The position numbers and the translations under genes are program-made. Positions 1-12,216 of a stretch of DNA of 64,000 nt are shown in pieces. The notes under the pieces were generated by a model. It saw nothing but the letters and a program-made list of their open reading frames with translations, did no database searches and had not been told where the DNA came from. Source of the DNA: Saccostrea echinata (Eukaryota); the NCBI RefSeq assembly GCF_033153115.1, contig NW_026889767.1:3286001-3350000 (forward strand). The letters are read 5' to 3'. Positions within the stretch are counted from its first letter, which is position 1. Each line of letters opens with the position of its first letter.

Positions 1-143
1 CTTTGCCTCTTCTCCTCTGCTAGTTGCTTTTCCAGTGCATCTAATCTCTCTGAAACACTTGGATGATGAGTCTGGTTTAGGTTAATTAGAAGTCCCTTTA
101 CCCCGAGTATGAATACACTAAAGATAAGTAAGTGTACATTCAT
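1..143 (-). CDS. 5' coding exon (partial, runs off window) of a secreted coiled-coil protein, possibly C1q-domain-containing-like
   Basis: Minus strand from ATG at 143 reads MNVHLLIFSVFILGVKGLLINLNQTHHPSVSERLDALEKQLAEEKRQ with no stop: a hydrophobic signal peptide followed by a heptad-like charged segment. A ttttcag acceptor lies just upstream (~167-175). The family guess rests on architecture only. Confidence 0.55.
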   Translation of the reverse strand, partial: MNVHLLIFSVFILGVKGLLINLNQTHHPSVSERLDALEKQLAEEKRQ

Positions 144-1647
144 GTTGTTCCACTACCAATATGAATCTGAAAAAGGCGACAAGCTACACTTCTGTCCTGT
201 ACAACATGTAATTGTGATTTTATACCGATTGAAAAGATTATCTATTTGAGTATCTTTGACGATTTTGTGTTCATTCCCACGACTTCTGACCGTGAATTAT
301 CTCAAAGTGTTTGTTAAGGACTCTTATTTAAAATTCTAGTATCTCCCAAGGACCAACTTGACAACAATAATCAGAAAGGTCAATGGATATTTGATAATGT
401 TGAACAGTTTTGTGCTATTTTAATCCAAGTCGGAATGATCATGTTCTACCTCACCTAGACTGATCGTCGGTGGGAAGAACTGCAAACGATAGTATTGTTC
501 TCCCGCCTACCTCCATGCTAATTTTCAAAAGTTAACACATTTAAATGATTTTTCATAATTATATAGATATTTATATGAATTTTCATAAAACATTACTTTT
601 TTGGGAAAACAAAGAGAGATAACTCGATAATTTTGGTAAAACTAGTGTTTTTCACTATAGAAATCAACGGAAAACGGAAAATATTTTTAAAACATCTCCC
701 CCCCCCCCCCCCCGTGAAACAAAAATTCCATTTTTCCAGGTTATATGGACTGTCATTTCACAAATTCATACCAAAGCTTTTTGTGTTTCACGGGGGGGAA
801 CATATGTCTACAGACAAAAAACTAAAAAATACTTATTTTTTCACCAATTTGAAAGGGGTTTACAATTAAAACATTGTATTGTATTAATAATACATGCTTA
901 ATTTTATATGCGTAAAACATAAGAAAAAATTTAAGGAACATCTATTCATATCCAAGAATATTTTAAAATGTGGTGATGCTTTAAAGCCCGATTTCAATGG
1001 AAAATATCGTCTACCCCCATTATCTAAAGAGCTAACATTAGGGATAATTAACTATTTAACACTGGTATTAAAATTATCAGTCAATTACCATTGAACTGTT
1101 CTTTGCATTCAACAAAAATTTTACGGCCAAATTGCCATTAGTATTGAATTAAATGGGTTTAAAATGTAGGCGGGAATCGAGAGTTAGCGTGCGTAGTTCT
1201 TTCTAAATGTTCTTCCACATCTGTCAGTTTGTCTAAAACGTGAACTGTAAACATTTCATCTTCACTACCAAAGGAACTACTTTATCTAAATTCGCTCATA
1301 TTATTTTTATGCATTAATTTCGATTTATTAGTACAAAGATTTTTTTAATGTTCTATGTGTAGAAGAAAAAAATGAGGAAAAAATAAAATTTTGAGCTCAC
1401 TTCAATTTTGGGATTCATAGCTAAATGAAAAAGATCAAGGCAACCAACAGTGATCAATCTTGTAACGGCAATTCTTTGGATCAGAATTAAGTTAATGTAA
1501 GTCTCTAAATATTTTAAAATCTTATTTCCATGAGGGACAATAGCAATTTAGGTTTGAATATTCTCATTTATCGTTTCAATTTGAAACTGATGGCTTCAAA
1601 TTGACCAGACTGTGACTATTCCAGGGATTTGTTTGACTGGGTTGATT

Positions 1648-3060
1648 CAGGGTTGGCCGGGAAATACTAGTGGTGGGAATTACCGGTATTTTCCGTCTCG
1701 ACAAAATACTACAAATTTTCCCTAAACTGGGAAATATTGGGAAATACTGGGACATACAAAGATATAAAAGTTTTTTTTATTTCTCTAATTCATTCAATCT
1801 TATGCAAAATTTAAAATAAAATAAACATAAAAAGAGAAGATGAATAATACGCAGCTAGGTTAAGGACTCCCATATATACGTCAGCCTATGCAGAGGTTCG
1901 GGAAAGCTATTATGACGTCACGTTAAAACAATACAAATGATTCTCGATGAATAAATACTATTTGTTCTTTTTAAAACATACTAAATACTTTCGTTCCTCA
2001 TAAATATTATAAAGATAAATGGATATGTAACTTATCTTGCCATAATAGCACTTAGCGTATGTAGAATGAAAGTCAACTTGATCTCGCTGTACTTACTGAG
2101 ATGACGTCATTTCTTAGTTTGACACGCAGTTTCTCTGTACTCGAGGCGTGGATCAAGCTTTTATCGTAGCGTGTAAAAATAAAAATAAATACAAAACACA
2201 CGTAGTCGGACCAAATGAGAGACATATTCTGAAATATATTAATCCACATTTTATTGCCAAAATAATTTGATAATGTGTAGACTTTATATAATGCCGTAGG
2301 AAGCACATTTGTACAGTAACGTGCTAGAGTGACAGGTCCAGCCTTTTGAAAATACCAGAAGTTCAACGATATCCGCTTCACGATAAATTCTGAATTTTTA
2401 AACACTTGTAGCTATTATTCATACTATTCTGAAAAGTGCTGGGAGCTGGTTGTGCATTGTTTATTTATTCCGTAATGTAACATTATTACAATGCGTATTA
2501 CATTTTGGTTTGGAGTTTATAGAAAGACGGCTAAATTTTAAACAATTCCCGAGCATGAGGAAGTTGCTCCCAGCACTTTTCGTGTTAAGGAATTTGTCTC
2601 AAAGAAAACAGAATAAATTTTATAGCGGAAAGATTCCCGTATATCGTTGAACTTTTACGATCCTTGTAGTAGTACATATATGTTCTAATTTTAAACCTGT
2701 CACGTGACAAACAGCTGATGTAAGCGATGTCGCTTTGGCGAGACCCAATACATACAAGTGCGAACACCATAATTCACATTTATCAAAACTAATGCTGTTA
2801 AAAAAAAATATTAAAATTGTATTCATTTTCCCTTAATATAACAAGGCGAATATTTCATGGGCGTCCTTAACCTAGCTGCGTATGGGATATGTCTCAAATT
2901 GCAATTTAACATATTCAGAATGTATCACTTCTCCAGGTCCCATTACCATAAGCATTCTGCAACATCTCCCTGGCTGTATAAAAGTTTTCCAATTCAAGTT
3001 TCTTTTCAGTTTTGTAAAATTATTAAGTTTATTTGTTATAAATCCAAGACCCCCCCTCCC

Positions 3061-3115
<55 letters not shown>

Positions 3116-3492
3116 AAACTTGTTATAATCTTTTCTAAGATCCTTCTAAACTTTAGTTACATAAAAACCCAATTGGGATCTTTGGGTTCATTTCATGGAC
3201 GTTTAATTAACATCTGACTCAAGCATGAATCAAATGACACTGGTATAATGAATATAATGTGTCATGATTAAATAAAATGAATTAAATGGGAACCAGAAAT
3301 TTTTAAATCAGGGAAGTGATACCAGGTAGATATTTTAGCCAATAAGGTGTACTACATGTCAATATGAATGAAATATGTAGCTATTTCTTATTTCCCAGTA
3401 TATCCCGCGAAATGCCAGTAATTCCCAGTAATTATCAGTATTTCCCACCGTCCTGGGAAATATGAGTATTTCCCAGTTTTTTGCCAACCCTG
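1648..3492. mobile_element. Non-autonomous TIR DNA transposon (CAGGGTTGGC termini), interrupted by a nested MITE
   Basis: CAGGGTTGGC at 1648 and GCCAACCCTG ending at 3492. Subterminal GGGAAATA / TATTTCCC repeats occur in opposite orientation at the two ends. No clear TSD. Confidence 0.7.
1850..2880. mobile_element. MITE with ~25-bp TIRs and TA target duplication (Tc1/mariner-type)
   Basis: TA|CGCAGCTAGGTTAAGGACTCCCAT ... ATGGGCGTCCTTAACCTAGCTGCG|TA. Internal inverted pair GAAAAGTGCTGGGAGC (2431) / GCTCCCAGCACTTTTC (2566-2581). Confidence 0.85.
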
Positions 3493-5478
3493 TTTTTTTT
3501 TTTAAATAAAGAGTTGATAAATTCATAAAATGAGTCATTTTCCTATAAATAAGGTCGAATAATTAAGGTTCTGTCAACATGCTTATTGTTATGTTTTCAT
3601 AAAATCTCCAGATATCAATGTTTTAATGAGACAAAAGTATTAATGAGCTAGTGCTAATTGTAACGGGAACCGTCACAGATGTTCCCAAATGGCTCCCTCA
3701 CTCTCTTATGGTCCCCCATTCGCAGGTGTGTTAAGGAAGCACTTAGATAATCTGACTTGACTAAATCAGTGATACAATATGACGTCATAATAGGCAAGAT
3801 GCCGTCAATGTAAGAACACAAGTTTTCTCAATATTGTTATTTAGAGATATAATTTAACTCCTGAAAATGAATAGAAACTTGCAAATATTAAGAGAAATAA
3901 AATGTTTTTATTTTGTTATGCTGTATCTGTCACTTAAATTGAAAACTCCGACCGATGACGTCATATCTGTTCAACAAGTAACTTGAGAATTGATCATGTT
4001 GTGTAACGAGAATTTGGCTAAGACGGCATGTAAAAAGATACGTAAAAGGGGGTTTAGAAGTAAATACCGTGAATATTGTGTGTGATTCATGTGTTAAAGT
4101 TCGTTAAACAGGTATGCTATTTCATTTTCATCGATTATATTCTCTATTGAAGGCAGTCAGCTATTTACATATCCCGGTTTGGCCTTTCCTGTCATTCGTG
4201 ACAACAATGATGCAAAAGAACAACACTAAGCTGGATACTTCAAAACATAATATTTGTACATACCGAAAGCTTGCGTTCTATAATACTTGGAAAGTGCTGT
4301 TAGAATCGTCAGGTAAACTTTGTTTGAAGAAATATCTCGGGTTATATGTATAAAATGCAAAACATTGGGTAATTCGTGCGAATATCTGAAATAATTACTT
4401 TCTCGACCGGACAGTGGGATTCTAGCAACACTTTTTAAGCATAAGAGATGTTTTTAACTATATTATTTACTCAAAGAAATTATCAAACCCCGGGGTATTG
4501 TTGTTCTATTAACTTTTTTATTAAGGAATATTTTACTATTAATAGAAGTCACGTGATGACGTTGTGATGGTGCACTTCTTGGCCTCAGACACTCTGTTGT
4601 CTTTCTGCAATAGTTAATAATAGTTTACGTTTTATCGGCGACTTTGAAAAATTATCAAAATTCTTAAAAAAGTCTAAATTTCCCGAAAGACGATTTGTAT
4701 GCTTCCATAACATATCTGCGCTTTCTACAATTGCAAAATTCTTAAAATTATGCAGTACTTTTATATTATAGATTTACACTTTTTTTCAAGAATATTTCAT
4801 CGAAAAACTATTGAAAACCATTTCGATATAGCCGAGGCTGAATATAACTAGTGAAGAGTTGTTGCTACATGTACCTACGCTATCTAACAACGAATACTTC
4901 CGCTCTGTACCAAGTGAAAACAGCCCCAAGATGTTTTGGTACCAAATGAGAAATGATCAAAAAGAAAAATCTTGATCATACGAAAAGTAGTTATAAAATG
5001 TTATAGATATTCGATAAAATTATTGATAAATCGTATATATATCATTCAGGTTAGGACGAAGAAAATATACGTAAATAAGTGCATTTTTTCTCTAAAATGA
5101 TTTCTAAAACAATATTTATCGCAACAGACACAGAAAAACCAAAAGGCTCACCCGAGTCACCTTACAAATAAATAGAGTTATTAATTAAACTCCTAACACT
5201 ATAGTGGTAGTCATCAAATTTTCCAATTCCACGATTTCAAGAATTCTGATAAAATTTCAGACCCTGCCTACAAATTGCTTCCTTGCTGATCTTGCAGAAC
5301 TCTATAAATGTTTTTGAAACTATGATTTGTTAACACAACATATTTGGCCGCATTGCGATTATACACTATACAAAAACCACTTTCTTGGCGTGTTAGAATA
5401 ATTCGTGTGCAAAATCAGAAATTCATAGATATTTAATCAATTCTCTCTTCCTTTCTCTCTGTCACACACACATATACA

Positions 5479-5664
5479 TTAATATATGATATTTGTTTTC
5501 CATAAATTTGCAGTATTTTGTCGAATATGCTTCACATTATCAATTTCTCGAATCATGTCGGCTGCTTTCCCTGCAATCATAATCGTTGGAGCGTTGGATT
5601 ACCGGAAGAAATATGGCGCATGACGGAAGCGTCGACAATCCTCAGGTCTCCTACACCCCTAACT
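5479..5664 (-). pseudogene. GMC copy 1 terminal exon
   Basis: VRGVGDLRIVDASVMRHISSGN/NAPTIMIAGKAADMIREIDNV...; 1-bp deletion in the GNTNAP motif. Confidence 0.9.
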
Positions 5665-6223
5665 CTGTAAATGTTTTAAAATGGATATGTACAAAATATA
5701 ACAGAAAAAAATACCGTTTTCATTTTAAATAGGGAAACTAGTATTAACAGAAATGAAGAAATATTTATGTCAATGAAGAACTTACATGGTACCTGTCGAT
5801 AAAAGAATGAACATTAATACAAGCCGTTGTATACGATATGAAATGAATCAGATGCACTTTTTACAGTTATGGGGGATCAACAATCTACATTGAAATGGAG
5901 CTTTTCGTTAAATTTAACAATTTTAACGAAGATAAATGACATTTAAACAAATAACTATAACCATGACGGATAAGTCGTCCCTGTTGATGGAAAACTGTTG
6001 GAAAAATAGCCATGACTCTATTTCAGAGTTATCGTTCTTAGCACTGACATTCAATATCAATTAGGGAGAAATGTGGGGATCACGGGGATTTAGGTTAGGA
6101 TGGGAAAATTAATCAAATCAATGAAAACAACTTGAGGCATATCCCACCATAAACTTATTATGTAATAAAGATTATACCAAATTTTCGGACCCTTCTCCAA
6201 AAAAAAAAACTTTATATCCTAAC

Positions 6224-6458
6224 CTCAGTTGTGGATCAACAACCGCAGTATTATCGTTTGCTGCCCCCATTCTACATGTGGAAGTTGTGTGATACATGGC
6301 TAGAAGATTGTATTTCGCTCTACATATCCAGTGTTCATCTGCTTCGAACGGAAGATCTTTAGACGGGGGATAAAGATATTCATCGTAGGGATCAAGCAGT
6401 GAGGCTCCAACTGACCTTAATGCTGTTGTATTTGCTAACTGTAACAGTTGTTTTATTT
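6224..6458 (-). pseudogene. GMC copy 1 exon with catalytic His motif
   Basis: IKQLLQLANTTALRSVGASLLDP...HWICRAKYNLLAMYHTTSTCRMGAANDNTAVVDPQLR; tag/gt boundaries. Confidence 0.9.
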
Positions 6459-7001
6459 CTACAAAGGTACGTTAGGCGACTATTGTGTGTACAAGCTAGC
6501 ACATGATAAAAACAAAAGTACTGAAAAGAACAAGCTTATTTGAAACACTTGAAATAAGGAAACGTGTGTTTTTTTAAATAAGTGTAATCATAAGCACATG
6601 CACTTTTTCTTGTTTGCAAGGTAAAGATGACGATGTTCAATGTATAATACAACCCACACGTAATCCAGGCTTAAACATTTACTGTTTTGGAGTGTGTCTG
6701 TGCTCGTATTTGTACGGAAAGGGGAATAGGGAGGAATGTCATGCCATTTTCAAATGAATTATTTAGCAGCATAATCAAAATCACTATTTTTTTTTTTAAA
6801 TAGCCAAGCCTCATTAATGTGGATGCTGGTGTTTCCTAGAAAATTTTCTGATTAATGAAGCTTTTGGTTGGCTGAAAGATCTTAACTGCATTTTATACCT
6901 ACTATCATTGATAGTTATAAGTGAAAATCTGTTGCCCTAATGTGAAGCTCCGGAATACCCTGACTCGACTTTATATTCATATGCTTATTATCAAAGTGTA
7001 C

Positions 7002-7194
7002 CTTTTAATAACATTTTCATATCATCCGGATGATCTAAGTAGTTAGGGTCTATGAGAAGCGGATCAAACGGATCGTCACTACTAAGTCGTATCTTCCCTC
7101 TACTTTGGAATGGAGCAGTGTACACAGTGCGAGGAAAGTCCCTCCTTGTTTGACGCTGCTTTTTTTTTAACGCTTCATACATTCTTTGAAGCAC
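7002..7194 (-). pseudogene. GMC copy 1 exon (ORF track 6991-7194)
   Basis: SRGKIRLSSDDPFDPLLIDPNYLDHPDDMKMLLKG; the middle part reads correctly only in a shifted frame. Confidence 0.9.
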
Positions 7195-7705
7195 CTTTGA
7201 TGAAAATAAAATTTAGCAGATACATGTCATGAACAGTGTTATTGAAATTCAGAATCTTGCACAAACAAAAGCGTTACTTTGAGTTACAATATTCAGTCAA
7301 TTTAAGATTGAATTTATTTACTTCTTAAATTAAGTTTAAATTAAAAGGAAATCTAAAAGTCATCAATTAGTCTGTCTTTCCCACCTTTTGAAAGTTTATG
7401 TTAATTGGCGACTGTCCAATCTATGTATTTGTATGCTTGATTGTCAAAATAATATTCAGTGAAATTTATTTGTATTAAGGTAAATAATTGCTTCAGTCTC
7501 TTCCTTTTTATATACATTTAAAACAGTTGAGGATGATATGTCAGACGAATGAAAGGTTTAAAATCAGAAACTGATCAATGAATGCTTTTTTTGGTGAGAA
7601 TTCCCTATGGTAAATAAACCTTGTAGCATATTGTTAAAATACACTTGTATCAAAGTAGTGAAGCATCAAATAAATTGATGGTGAAATAATTCGTACAAAT
7701 CAAAC

Positions 7706-7854
7706 CTCTGGATCCAAATTTCACGTTTTGATAAACCCCTCGTCCATTGAGGGAAAGCCTGACACACTGTAAAATGACAGCTGAGCATATGGAAGCAAAT
7801 TGTTATCATATTTAAGAAATGCGCTTCCTTCTAAGTGTGTTTTTCCAAGTGGAC
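7706..7854 (-). pseudogene. GMC copy 1 exon with in-frame stop
   Basis: GPLGKTHLEGSAFLKYDNNLLPYAQLSFYSVSGFPSMDEGFIKT*NLDPE. Confidence 0.8.
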
Positions 7855-8488
7855 CTAAACAACGAGAAAATAAAACAAATCCAGAACTGAAGCAATAATC
7901 AATAGATTTAAGGCGGTCTTGTAGATCTAATATATGTGGTATATTATTTTACTTTGTTGTGTTATAGATAATATATATATATGTAAGATAAAGAAATGGA
8001 TAAATAAATTAAAAGTAATAAATAAATTATATTTATTTTAACTAAGCCTAGGCTGGTCTTTGAGTCTCTGGTTCTGCCTTTTTTTCGTGTAAGATACCCA
8101 TTGTAGTCATCCCCTAAGTTGCATTTCAAATGTGAATGTTCTTGCAATACATTGTAACCAATACAGGCACTCTGATTGTAATGCTCAGATTGAGTGATTA
8201 AGATTAGTCTTTCGTTTCAAAATAAAGTCCTTGATTTAAGAATTATGTTTGGCAATTTCTGGTAAAAGGGTGATTCATAAACTGGCCTTTTTTTTTGTTT
8301 CTTTCGAATGTTTTCTCTATTTTGGCTCTTTTGCTTTCAGCAAAAGAGCTAAAAGTATTGGTTCATTCGGTTATTTTCATTCGCTTATTTGATTATTTAC
8401 ATAAACTTGTTATTTGGTGGATTAAAACATAGAGTTTTATTTGTATCTACTGGTCGGATATTTGATTCTAAATGAAATCTTCATTAAC

Positions 8489-8627
8489 CTGTTTTTAATG
8501 CACTGTATTTCAAAAAGGAAATGGCTGAAGGGCTAAACGCCGAACTTGTATTATCTCTGAATAACGTATGTACATTTATGTGATCCTCTGAGTTTTCTCC
8601 AACAGGCAGATCGGCAACCACAGGGAT
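8489..8627 (-). pseudogene. GMC copy 1 exon
   Basis: IPVVADLPVGENSEDHINVHTLFRDNTSSAFSPSAISFLKYSALKT. Confidence 0.9.
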
Positions 8628-9107
8628 CTGTATAAAGATAAAAGAAGCATCTTAACACAAAGGGTCGCAATGATAAGAAAATCGTAATTAGATTAAGATC
8701 AGCCTCACTTTACAGCTAAAGTAAAAGCTTAAGAAGGGTAAGCTTTAAGAACTGCTTAGGACTTATAATTATACTTAGAATAAAATTATGTAAAATTTGC
8801 GCAGTAAAGCAATGAAATACACTACGTAAATCTGGAGTTAAATAATATACGAATTCTGAATGTTATCCTTCAAAACACAAAATATAAAAACATTTTATTT
8901 AGAAGCAAATCTCTATCTCCACTTTAAAATTATTCGTGTCGGTAGGAGGGGAGGGGACATTATTTCCTCAAGCCACTTATATGTCTAAGTATTAAAAAAA
9001 CACTGTATGATTCCTCTGCTTAGTTAGTAGATGCATGATGTATATATAGATAGGAACCAAATCCAATCTTCTATATTTCATAATTCAATTTTCCATTATT
9101 TCCTTAC

Positions 9108-9274
9108 CCCCAATGACTCCAAATGCTCCTTTGGTCCAATGCCAGACAACATCAGGATTTTGGGTGAGTTTATGGCTCCAGCAGAAATGATGACTTCTCT
9201 CTCGCCTTTATCACGTGTTTTACATTGTCTCTAATCATGGAAACTCCCACAGCCTTCTTATCTTTTATCAATAT
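9108..9274 (-). pseudogene. GMC copy 1 exon with 1-bp deletion
   Basis: [55 protein letters not shown]. Confidence 0.9.
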
Positions 9275-9456
9275 CTGGATTTTTAAAATTGTTACGTTTT
9301 GACAACACAAACCGTTTATTTCTTGTAGGAGAAGATATTTTTTTACGTTTCTGTTACGTTATATTAATAAATCAAATCACAGTTAGACAACTAAAGAATT
9401 TTAAACCTTTTAGTTGTAGTTAAATCTAGAGATGGAGTGGCCTACCTTAATTAAGT

Positions 9457-9600
9457 ACACAGTTTATAAATACTCCCTTATGGAGTCTATGGGCGCGAAA
9501 AGTTGCAATCAATTAAATTAATTCTTGGACTACATATTATCGCGCATAAATCGTAGGGAAAGTAGTCAATAGTCCATGAGGGAGTGTTTATAATCTGTGT
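9457..9600. mobile_element. Small MITE-like inverted repeat in GMC intron
   Basis: ACACAGTTTATAAATACTCCCTTATGGA ... TCCATGAGGGAGTGTTTATAATCTGTGT, imperfect TIRs. Confidence 0.65.
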
Positions 9601-10136
9601 CCGAAAATGTCACAGAACTAACCGTGTGTATCTACCCATATTCATCAAAGTTCTTCATTATAAGAAAACTATTTAGGGAATAACTCGATTATGTTTTAAG
9701 GAAAAGAGAATAAAAATAATAATCTTTGCATTTCTTGTTGAAACGTGATAAACACGTGTATTCCTGGATTTAAAAAAGTTCCTAGCATTCTGAGAAAAAA
9801 AACCCTCCCTTTTGTTCATGTATAAACTTCGGGTGAATGTGTAAATAGCATGTGACACCGTTGCAAAAGATCTCATGCAGTTCAATTCCAATTTAATTGA
9901 CAATATTAAATAAGCCTTGGTATATAGTAAGTTTAAAAGAAATTCGTTAAGTATTTCAATTTTTTCTTCATTTAATTGGAATTTGTATCAACTATTTACA
10001 ATTTACGAAGGACATAATACAATTTTTTCAATTTGATTTGAAACTAATTAACTTGACTAATGAACGGGACTAGAACTGTTAGATGAAACATATTGTTAAA
10101 TATACGAATTTGATTTCTTAACTTAGTAATTATTAC

Positions 10137-10258
10137 CTTTGATACGCATGAGTTTGTAGCCACGTGAAGATTCGGGCGGATCATGGCTGGTCGTAGTAAA
10201 GCTTTAGCAGTGCTCCATCTTTCTCCGTTTTTGGTTGTTTCTTGTCCATGACAGAATC
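10137..10258 (-). pseudogene. GMC copy 1 exon
   Basis: GFCHGQETTKNGERWSTAKALLRPAMIRPNLHVATNSCVSK. Confidence 0.9.
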
Positions 10259-10512
10259 CTGATGTTAAACAGAGAGGATATTATTTCATGTAAGGACAGA
10301 AATTTGATAGACTAAATTTAAAAATGTAGTATCACTACACGTTAACATTGGTCCCTACTTAAAAAAAAGGTATATCCCCTTCTTCTGACACTATCAAGCA
10401 AAATATAAAAAAATTGATTTTTTTTTTCAATTTATCTTTAAAATTGATTTATTCCAAACCCATATACTGCCAACAAACCAATTTCAAAGATAGTAGATCT
10501 TTCATTGCTGCA

Positions 10513-10552
<40 letters not shown>

Positions 10553-10564
10553 AGGGCAGCGTAT

Positions 10565-11285
10565 GTGAGTTAAGGCTAGGCATAGGCGTTTCTATGCAAA
10601 TGAGCTAGTAAAAATGCATGAGAGGTATATTTATTATTCAGAGAAAGTGTTGATTTATTTTCTTATGCATACTTAGTACCCACGAAATGTTACAGCCAGT
10701 ACACATTATGACGTCATATTATGACGTCATTGATCTTACCTATTGGAGGTAATAAAACACATCAACAAAACAGCTTCGGCGCAAGGGATTACCCTATTTA
10801 TTTTTACATAGAAACCGTGTTATGCTAAGAAGAATATTCTATAGATTAATAAAACTGCTGCACAAATCCTAGGCATTTTCTCAATTGATTGGAATTTGAG
10901 GAAACTTATACCGGACTGTATATTTTTACCCTGATTCAACTTAAAACTTAACAAATAGAAATTATACTACTGAGCTGTTGATATTTGTGCAGCATTGCCA
11001 GCAAACTTTGGAATATTTTGCTTCCAAATATACCTTGTTTCAGTTAAATAAAATAGAGCATGCCCTTGCGCCAAGGCATTTTTGTTGATATCCATTATAA
11101 TCCTGTGTAGTAAAGAACAATGACGTCATAATATGACGTCATATTGTGTACTGGCTATCTCATGTCGTGGGTACCAAGTATGTATTAGAAAATAAGTTTT
11201 AGCTTTCTCTGTATAATAGATATAGTCCTTAGGCATTTAAATCAGTTTATTTGGATAGAAATGCCTATACCTAGCCTTAACTCAC
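10565..11285. mobile_element. Foldback-type MITE with ~300-bp imperfect inverted arms
   Basis: GTGAGTTAAGGCTAGG ... CCTAGCCTTAACTCAC termini. Arm pairing continues inward through doubled TGACGTCA motifs and GGCGCAAGGG / CCCTTGCGCC. Confidence 0.85.
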
Positions 11286-11372
11286 CTATGAGAGGAGCGT
11301 TTTACTTTAGACTCAAGAATAAACCATTACAAAAATCCCAATTTCCTCTCAGTATTGAAAAAAATGATTAAC

Positions 11373-11504
11373 CTATTTGTGTCTCTCCATTACAGTCTAC
11401 TACTTGATGCCCCATCTCCTCCACTCCTCGCCTGTAAACTTCATCACTGAGGGGCGTGGCTTTTGAGTCACTCACCGTTAGAGGACCCCCTTTTCCATGA
11501 TACA
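11373..11504 (-). pseudogene. GMC copy 1 most 5' visible exon
   Basis: YHGKGGPLTVSDSKATPLSDEVYRRGVEEMGHQVVDCNGETQI. Confidence 0.9.
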
Positions 11505-11700
11505 CTATAAAAAGTAATAAAGCAAGTCATTTCCAGTAGAAGAAAAACTGCGAAATATATACATGTATATTCATACGCCTTTATACTGGAAAGTGGGATC
11601 TATAAATAAAAGGTGCCATTTTTCGTGCGGAAAATAACCATCATCAACATGTGAACAACAATATAAAAAATGTTTAAAATTACAGTAAATAAAAATGAAC

Positions 11701-11840
11701 NNNNNNNNNNNNNNNNNNNNNNNNNNNNNNNNNNNNNNNNNNNNNNNNNNNNNNNNNNNNNNNNNNNNNNNNNNNNNNNNNNNNNNNNNNNNNNNNNNNN
11801 NNNNNNNNNNNNNNNNNNNNNNNNNNNNNNNNNNNNNNNN
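11701..11840. other. Assembly gap (others at 36805-36935, 54102-54258, 55001-55156)
   Basis: Runs of N. The flanks of this gap repeat each other (AAAAAATGTTTAAAA.TACAGTAAATAAAAAT), suggesting a collapsed repeat. Confidence 0.99.
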
Positions 11841-11989
11841 AAGATGAAAGATGCTATCAACAACAAAATGTGTACAACAATAAAAAATGTTTAAAAGTAC
11901 AGTAAATAAAAATAAATATCGGCATTTTATAAATGAATGCATGTAGAAGAGGAATGGCAAAAGAGAATATCACTTCTAAGTCAGCAACG

Positions 11990-12216
11990 TACTGACCTTC
12001 CAATTTTTTACTGACAAACTTAAACAATTACTGACATGTGCTGCCTTTACTGCAAAATTTAAACAATTACTGTCCTTTTTACTGCTGGTGCTGATAAACT
12101 TAAAAAAGTGCTGACAATCTTAGTCGGTGTTGATAAACTTAGACAATTACTGACCCGTTCTACTGTCCCTGCTGAAAAACTTAGACAAGTGCTGACATTT
12201 ACTGATAAGTACTGTC
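11990..12216. repeat. Degenerate minisatellite, roughly 40-bp unit
   Basis: Recurring CTGATAAACTTAGACAATTACTGAC-like unit, about five copies. Confidence 0.65.

Larger units (their letters stand above)
5479..11504 (-). pseudogene. GMC oxidoreductase (glucose dehydrogenase [FAD]/choline dehydrogenase-like) pseudogene, copy 1, 3' eight exons
   Basis: GT-AG exons at 11373-11504, 10137-10258, 9108-9274, 8489-8627, 7706-7854, 7002-7194, 6224-6458, 5479-5664. They encode [86 protein letters not shown] and LRIVDASVM..GN(T)NAPTIMIA. Lesions: frameshifts near 9202, 7105, 7160 and 5597, plus an in-frame TGA at 7721-7723. Confidence 0.92.

Noticed and set aside
2857-3217. Poly-lysine ORFs
   Set aside because: They are translations of a poly-A tract inside a transposon.
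3731-5165. TTAA-flanked Kolobok-like element
   Set aside because: The candidate termini (AGGAAGCAC and GAGTCACCT) do not form a convincing inverted pair.
11571-11960. ORFs spanning N runs (also near 36.7 and 54.1 kb)
   Set aside because: Open only because of assembly gaps.
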